DNA from: Oopsacas minuta
Taxonomy: Eukaryota; Animalia; Porifera
Direction of reading: 5' to 3'
Assembly: GCA_024704765.1 (NCBI GenBank)
Contig: JAKMXF010000196.1
Location: 1-12,040, forward strand
DNA: 12,040 nt
Below are positions 7,077 to 12,040 of this stretch, piece by piece. The notes beneath the pieces are model-generated. The model was not told where the DNA came from and made no database searches. It worked only from the letters and a program-made list of their open reading frames with translations. A program made the position numbers and the translations under genes. Position 1 is the first letter of the stretch, and each line of letters begins with the position of its first letter.

Positions 7077-9019
7077 CAGGCGCGTCGTAAAGTGGGGGGA
7101 TGGGGGTACTCATCCCCCCCCACGTTTAGACAGAGGGGGATAATCCCCCTCTAATTGTGAGTGAGTATTAAATTAGTTTTGAATTTATTAGAGCATTCTG
7201 CCAATTTAAGAGGGATATAATTTACAATAGTTTACACCCTCTGATCTGCATTCTCGATACCTGTTGGATAATAATAATAAACCAACTACGATGGGTGGGT
7301 GGGTTATCTCACCCTTCATTGTCTGTTTATAAGGATGTTTCACCAATTCATTCACAAAAAGAATTGCTCTAATTAAACTCATAACCAAGTTAAATTGATA
7401 AACTTGGTCTCATGTGATAGATATTGCTTTGACATTTATGTAAACAAAGACATAAACGGATACAACTATACGAAATTATTTTAGAATTAGTAAATTTAAA
7501 GTTAGAACATTTACGATAACGTGTTTAAGCGGATAAGACATAAAATTCAACTAATCGTTTAAGATATCCACTTGCTATGGATCCAACCTGACTTTCAGTT
7601 GCTTGTGTTTCAATCGCTGCCAATGCATCCAAAATTACACCAAATTGTCGATACAATCCCGAAAGTGCAGTATATTTAACTGTGAAACGAGTAGGGCAGA
7701 GGGGTCAAATGTGGGTCTGTGGATTATCTAACTCCAATGCAACTTTCTGCACAATTGCACAACGTTTCGGGGAATGACGAAGGAAAGTGATTAGGTTGTT
7801 GACCAAGTGTAGAAAGTCACGCATTAGAGAGACAGCCTTGACAACATCTTGAACTGCGAGATTAATACAATGCATATGACAGTGAGTACTTAGGGCACTT
7901 GGAGCCACCTCAGAAATTCGAGCAGCTACACCATTTGAATGACCACTGAACGATGAGGCACCATCAAATGTCATCCCGAAGCAGTATGACAAACTAATAC
8001 CGATGCGAAGGAGGGCGTCTTTGATTGCTGAAAATATTTATTCAGCATCACACTTATCAAGAGCATAGAAGCCAAGCACTCTTTCATTGGGAGATATGTC
8101 ACTATCTACAGTACGAAAACAGATGCTCAGTTGTTCAATCCGAGAAATATCAGACGTCTCGTCAGCTATCAATCCATAGAAACAATTACGCATTTGACGT
8201 GTAAATAATCGCACAATATGGTTCGCCATCATCTCTAGAATTTCTTCTTGTACTTCGATCGAAGTCCATGAAATTGCTTCCAGGAGCCATTCCTGTAAAT
8301 CTTTTGAATCAGAAGCACCTAGAACTAAGAGTTGCTTAAAATTAGATTCCGAGTCAATATGACCACGTGTAGGCAGTCCTTGGCGTGCTAAGTATCTCAA
8401 ACTTGTGAAAATCTGGATCAGACACTCGCGGGCAACTTTCTTGTTTGCTGTTTGTTGATCAATAAGTTTTCAACGACGCTCGTCCCAGAAATTGTGTTTG
8501 TGAATTTTATCACGTATGAGCGATGTGTATGAGAAGATTCATGAATCTTAAATTTCTCAGTAGCTTTTTTCCAATTCGTAAATCTAATAGTAACAAAAGC
8601 TTCATCTCCCTTGCTATTACGTAATGAGTGAACTGAGTATACTTGCCTACAAGGATGACAAATGCTGCCTTAAGTTCTGAGTCCTACTCCAGCCATGCGA
8701 ATTGTTCAAACCATACAGGTAAAAGCTTCCTCTTAGAATTAGGGTCAGTTGGGAAAAATTTATCTTTCGGTTGGTTTTGCAAGATTCTCTGTCTTTTGGA
8801 TTAGGCTCATCATCTTGATATGTTGATTGACTTGCCATTAAAGAAATCTAATTTGATTGTACAATAAACAAGGAATTTACGTCCCAATGCATTCTAGTAA
8901 ATAATAATAAAACACATGCTAGTATGTAAAGATCAAAACTTCGCTTTTCACGTATTTACCTAATACTAAACAAAACGATTTCGCCCCCCCCCCCAATCTG
9001 TTTCAAATCGACGCCTCTG
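7077..9019 (-). mobile_element. Degenerate, 3'-deleted hAT transposon
   Basis: Ends CAGGCGCGTCG (7077) and CGACGCCTCTG (9019) match at 9/11 as inverted repeats, have G/C-run subterminal regions and enclose a hAT transposase relic. Flanks cctaccaa and gctatgta are not a clean TSD. Confidence 0.6.
7560..8838 (-). pseudogene. hAT-family transposase, ZMYM1-like (TTF zinc finger + DUF4371 + catalytic core), with multiple stops and frameshifts
   Basis: WFEQFAWLE*...AF/CHPC...FTNWKKATEKFKIHESSHTH (TTF-type finger), LRYLARQGLPTRGH, GLIADETSDIS..EQLSIC, FDGASSFSG, HCHMHCINLAVQD, LCPTRF. No C-terminal hATC dimerisation domain seen. Confidence 0.92.
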
Positions 9020-9030
9020 GCTATGTAACA

Positions 9031-9197
9031 ACCTAATTTGTCGTACAGCTCATCAGAGGAAATATTTATGGCCCGAATCAAACTTTCATGACAGTGGAGT
9101 CGCCTATGACTTTACTCATGCATTTTTAGATAGAATTTTCACACATTCTGAGGTTGTTCTTCACAACAATAATTCACTTTTGGAAATATGTGGTAGT
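9031..9197 (-). repeat. Dispersed repeat copy B (empty-site paralog of 211-481)
   Basis: The reverse complement reads ...TTCGGGCCATAAA|TATTTCCTCTGATGAGCTGTACGACAAATTAGGT, continuous across the point where copy A carries the 104-bp insertion. Confidence 0.9.
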
Positions 9198-9666
9198 AGG
9201 TTCAAATTCTTCAATATTATTTAAGGCCCACTTGTGAGGCGTGAATTCAACTATTTGTAAACCCGCGGTGTTAAAGGTTACTAGAAATAGATCTTTAAAA
9301 ACAATTTTATTATATGTCAGTGTAATTTTGGTGGCATATTCAATAACGTTCTGAATCACATCATTTGAGGGTAATCTGACACTTCGTCCCCAAAATGAAT
9401 TCTCACTGAGGGTATTGTATCAGAGGTATTTGTCATATAGAAGGAATTTTCGGGCTTTTCTTACTTTATTTAAGAATTTACAATTGGATTGGTGTCAAGG
9501 TTTGCCATGGGTGTTGCTCGAATATCTGATCAGCTCTGGTTGTTGGTTAGGGTCTTTGGAAGCGATATCTGGTAGATTGTAGGACAAATTAGTTATTGCT
9601 TATAATTGTTGTATTTGGAATTTTTCTCACTGTTTTCGTATTGGCGCATGTACCAATACAAAATAA

Positions 9667-9980
9667 TGAGAAGATTCCAAGATTACAAATATTGGATTGG
9701 ACCTGGAAGAGATTAGAGACAAATACAAGGACATATGTAACATTCTGCATGGCGTCCGTACGGTCTTTACAAATTTATTCAATCAACATTCTCCTGGCCC
9801 TGAATATGATGTAAAATGATTTAATATCATGGTGAATCATATTCAGGGCCAGGAGGATGTTGATTAAATAAATTTGTGAAGACAACACGGGTGCCATGTA
9901 GAGAGGTACATATATCGTTGTACTTGTCTCTAATCTCTTCCAGTTCCAATCCAATATTAATAATCTAGGAATCTTTTTCA
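9667..9980. repeat. Imperfect inverted repeat, arms about 9667-9810 and 9836-9980, 25-nt spacer
   Basis: The left arm GATTCCAAGATTACAAATATTGGATTGGACCTGGAAGAGATTAGAGACAAATAC...CCTGGCCCTGAATATGAT matches the reverse complement of the right arm, roughly 80-85% by eye. The track ORFs 9596-9814(+) and 9775-9981(-) are mirror translations. Confidence 0.95.
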
Positions 9981-10260
9981 CTTAATTGACTCTCAAATAG
10001 TGCAATTTTTTGGTTGTTTGGTGAATTTTGGAATTAGTGATGTGTAGTTGCCTCTCTAGGTCTGAATCTTAGTTTCACATTCTATTTTCTTGTTCTCTAA
10101 ATCTAAATTTTTCTGAGTCAGATCAAAACCTTTTGATTCCAATTTTTGGAATCTGGCTTCGATTCGGTCAGAGGTGGTCTCTAATTCTTTACCCACCAAT
10201 TTGGCAATGGTGTTTGACAAGTCCTTGATGGAAGATTGCGGAGGCTTGAATCCTAAAAGT
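9827..10260 (-). pseudogene. Degenerate coiled-coil gene sharing its N-terminal module with the caspase gene
   Basis: Manual translation LLGFKPPQSSIKDLSNTIAKLVGKELETTSDRIEARFQKLESKGFDLTQKNLDLENKKIECETKI/DLERQLHITNSKI.../IALFESQLSEKDS*IINIGLELEEIRDKYNDICTSLHGTRVVFTNLFNQHPPGPEYDSP*. The first part aligns to about 3500-3718. At least two frameshifts and one stop. Confidence 0.8.
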
Positions 10261-11040
10261 ATAAAATCACCATATCTTCAGAGTAAAAGCATTGTATACA
10301 CGAAACTATGGAATGAACCTTTTCTAGAAAGGGATTATGTAAACAAGTCGGGCATTATTAAATAGTTATATATTTCAGAAATGGATTGACGACAAGTGCA
10401 TGAATTCATAAAAGCAAATTTTCTTTGAATATGTCAACCTATTTGCTTTATAACCAATTATTTGGAGAAATGGATCCCACATTGAGGCTTCTAAAACTTG
10501 TAACTGTAACTGCGATTCTAATGCCGAAAAACTTAATGTTTTTCTTAAAGAAATTTTATACAAATATATATTTATAGTGGTAAAGTTGGCACGTTCCTGA
10601 CTCACAGTAGTGAGGATGGAAAACATATATTAGCAATAACGTACTGTTTGATATAAGAATATAATTAGGAATAATGTACCCTTTGATATAGGAATGAAAA
10701 CTAAGTAGTCTTAATAGACTCATCATAACTTTTTACTGTAAATTTATGTATGCAAACCATTGGAACCTGAGATTTCAGTAATTAATGCAGGATTCTTACT
10801 CGTTTATAAGATTCGGTAGCACGCCAACATATGTTATTGAATTAAGGGATCACTCAGCGTATTCAATCGGTATACAAGTATGCAAGTTCTGTGTTCCGAA
10901 GATTTTGCAATTTGTTAATCAGAATCGTCTTGATAAATCATATTAATGTAAAACTAATACAATGGTCAGCGATAAGTCTACAAACATACCTGAAGGTTTG
11001 TCACATGTGATTGGGAGGATGTCGATTAAATAGACTTGCA

Positions 11041-11940
11041 CAGTCAAGGGACATAAGTATTCGACCACACAAATTTACTATCATAAATTGTATACTCTTT
11101 CCCGCTCCTATTTATTGTGTAGTCTATATTCGTAGCTGCAATCTAGTAATTTGCATAGAATAACATATGTTTTTCAAGAATTTCAAAAAATATTTTTGAT
11201 TTACACTTTTTGAAGGTGTTAATTATTAATAATTATTAGATGATTATTGATACTCAAAATATGTGGTCATTCAAAACCAATTAAGAATCTATAATTTCTG
11301 ACTTGATATTTGAATTCTACATGGGCGAGTTCCCGCAGATTGAATTTCCAATGGGATTGAACAATTTTTGCCAAAGTTATAGAAGAATTTCAATTTGTGC
11401 CATTTGTGCCACCTATTGCTAAGGTGGCACAAGTGGCCGCTACCAAGAGGTTATTTTGTAATTCAAGGGTTTGCATAGTAATATCATTCGAAAATATTAC
11501 TTCGACTTATTCCTCCTAACCCTAATTGATTTCCTTGTAGTGGCGCTTTTTCCTGCCACCTGTGCCACGTTTTGCAAAGTGGCACAAATTGAAATTTTGT
11601 ATAACTTTGGTAAAAATTGTTCAATCCCATTGGAAATTTTTATCTGCGGTAACTCGCCTACGTAGAATTCAAATATCAAGTCAGAAATTATAGATTCTTA
11701 ATAGGTTTTGAATTACCACACATTTTGAGTACCAATAATTATCTAATAATTATTAATAATTAACACCTTCAAAAAGTGTAAATCGAAAATATTTTTTTGA
11801 AATTCTTGAAAAACATGTCATTCTATGCAAATTACTACATAGCAGCTACGAATATAGACTGCCCAATTTATAGGAGCGGGAAAGAGTATACAATTTATGA
11901 TAATATATTTGTGTGGTCGAATACTTTTGTCCCTTGACTG
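11041..11940. mobile_element. 900-bp Tc1-like foldback MITE with TIRs of about 390 bp
   Basis: Arms 11041-~11437 and ~11554-11940 are about 90% identical by eye. Terminus CAGTCAAGGGACAAAAGTATTCGACCAC fits the Tc1 CAGT...AAAAGTATT..CAC pattern. Right flank TA, left flank CA. No transposase. Confidence 0.88.
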
Positions 11941-11946
11941 TATATA

Positions 11947-12040
11947 CAGGGTGCGTTTTAAGTTCTGTCCCATAGTCAAATCCTCATAACTTTACTACAA
12001 TAGATCTTTTACTATTTAAACTTTTATACCAGTTTACTAT
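11947..12040 (+). mobile_element. Possible start of another TIR transposon, running off the window
   Basis: TA|CAGGGTG immediately after the MITE, a common mariner/maT/rosa-type TIR start. The partner end is not in the window. Confidence 0.35.

Noticed and set aside
6406-7388. Short ORFs 6406-6588, 6451-6816 and 7206-7388
   Set aside because: No recognisable motifs; low-complexity or basic composition typical of chance ORFs.
9596-9981. Track ORFs 9596-9814(+) and 9775-9981(-) as real proteins
   Set aside because: They are off-frame readings; the shifted frame aligns with the coiled-coil paralog and shows conservative substitutions.
10174-10626. ORFs 10174-10365(+) and 10375-10626(-)
   Set aside because: The first is antisense to the coiled-coil pseudogene; the second has no recognisable features.
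11471-11679. Two 60-64 aa ORFs in the MITE
   Set aside because: They lie in the spacer and TIR of a non-coding foldback element and have no transposase motifs.
1-12040. Prokaryotic systems (CRISPR array, operon, defence island), tRNA or rRNA
   Set aside because: No regularly spaced repeat-spacer array, no operon-like gene density and no recognisable structural RNA; the content is eukaryotic.

Overview
AT-rich eukaryotic DNA, probably from an invertebrate metazoan (inferred from the caspase fold and transposon types), with a 789-N scaffold gap at 4674-5462. The main gene is an apparently intronless minus-strand caspase gene (about 2528-3730). The ORF track splits it in two, but by hand it reads as one coiled-coil + SAM-like + caspase (p20/p10) protein broken by two frameshifts and one premature stop, with an atypical EACRG catalytic motif. 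A paralog of its N-terminal coiled-coil module lies 6.5 kb away (9827-10260), joined to a different C-terminus. That C-terminus is duplicated tail-to-tail as an imperfect inverted repeat of about 145-bp arms. The rest is decayed DNA transposons: a 104-bp Helitron-like insertion whose empty site is visible elsewhere in the window, a DD41D (rosa-type) Tc1/mariner transposase, a ZMYM1-like hAT transposase pseudogene, a possible Mutator-like relic, several orphan hAT-like ends and a 900-bp Tc1-like foldback MITE. All calls come from manual translation and alignment; no database searches were run.
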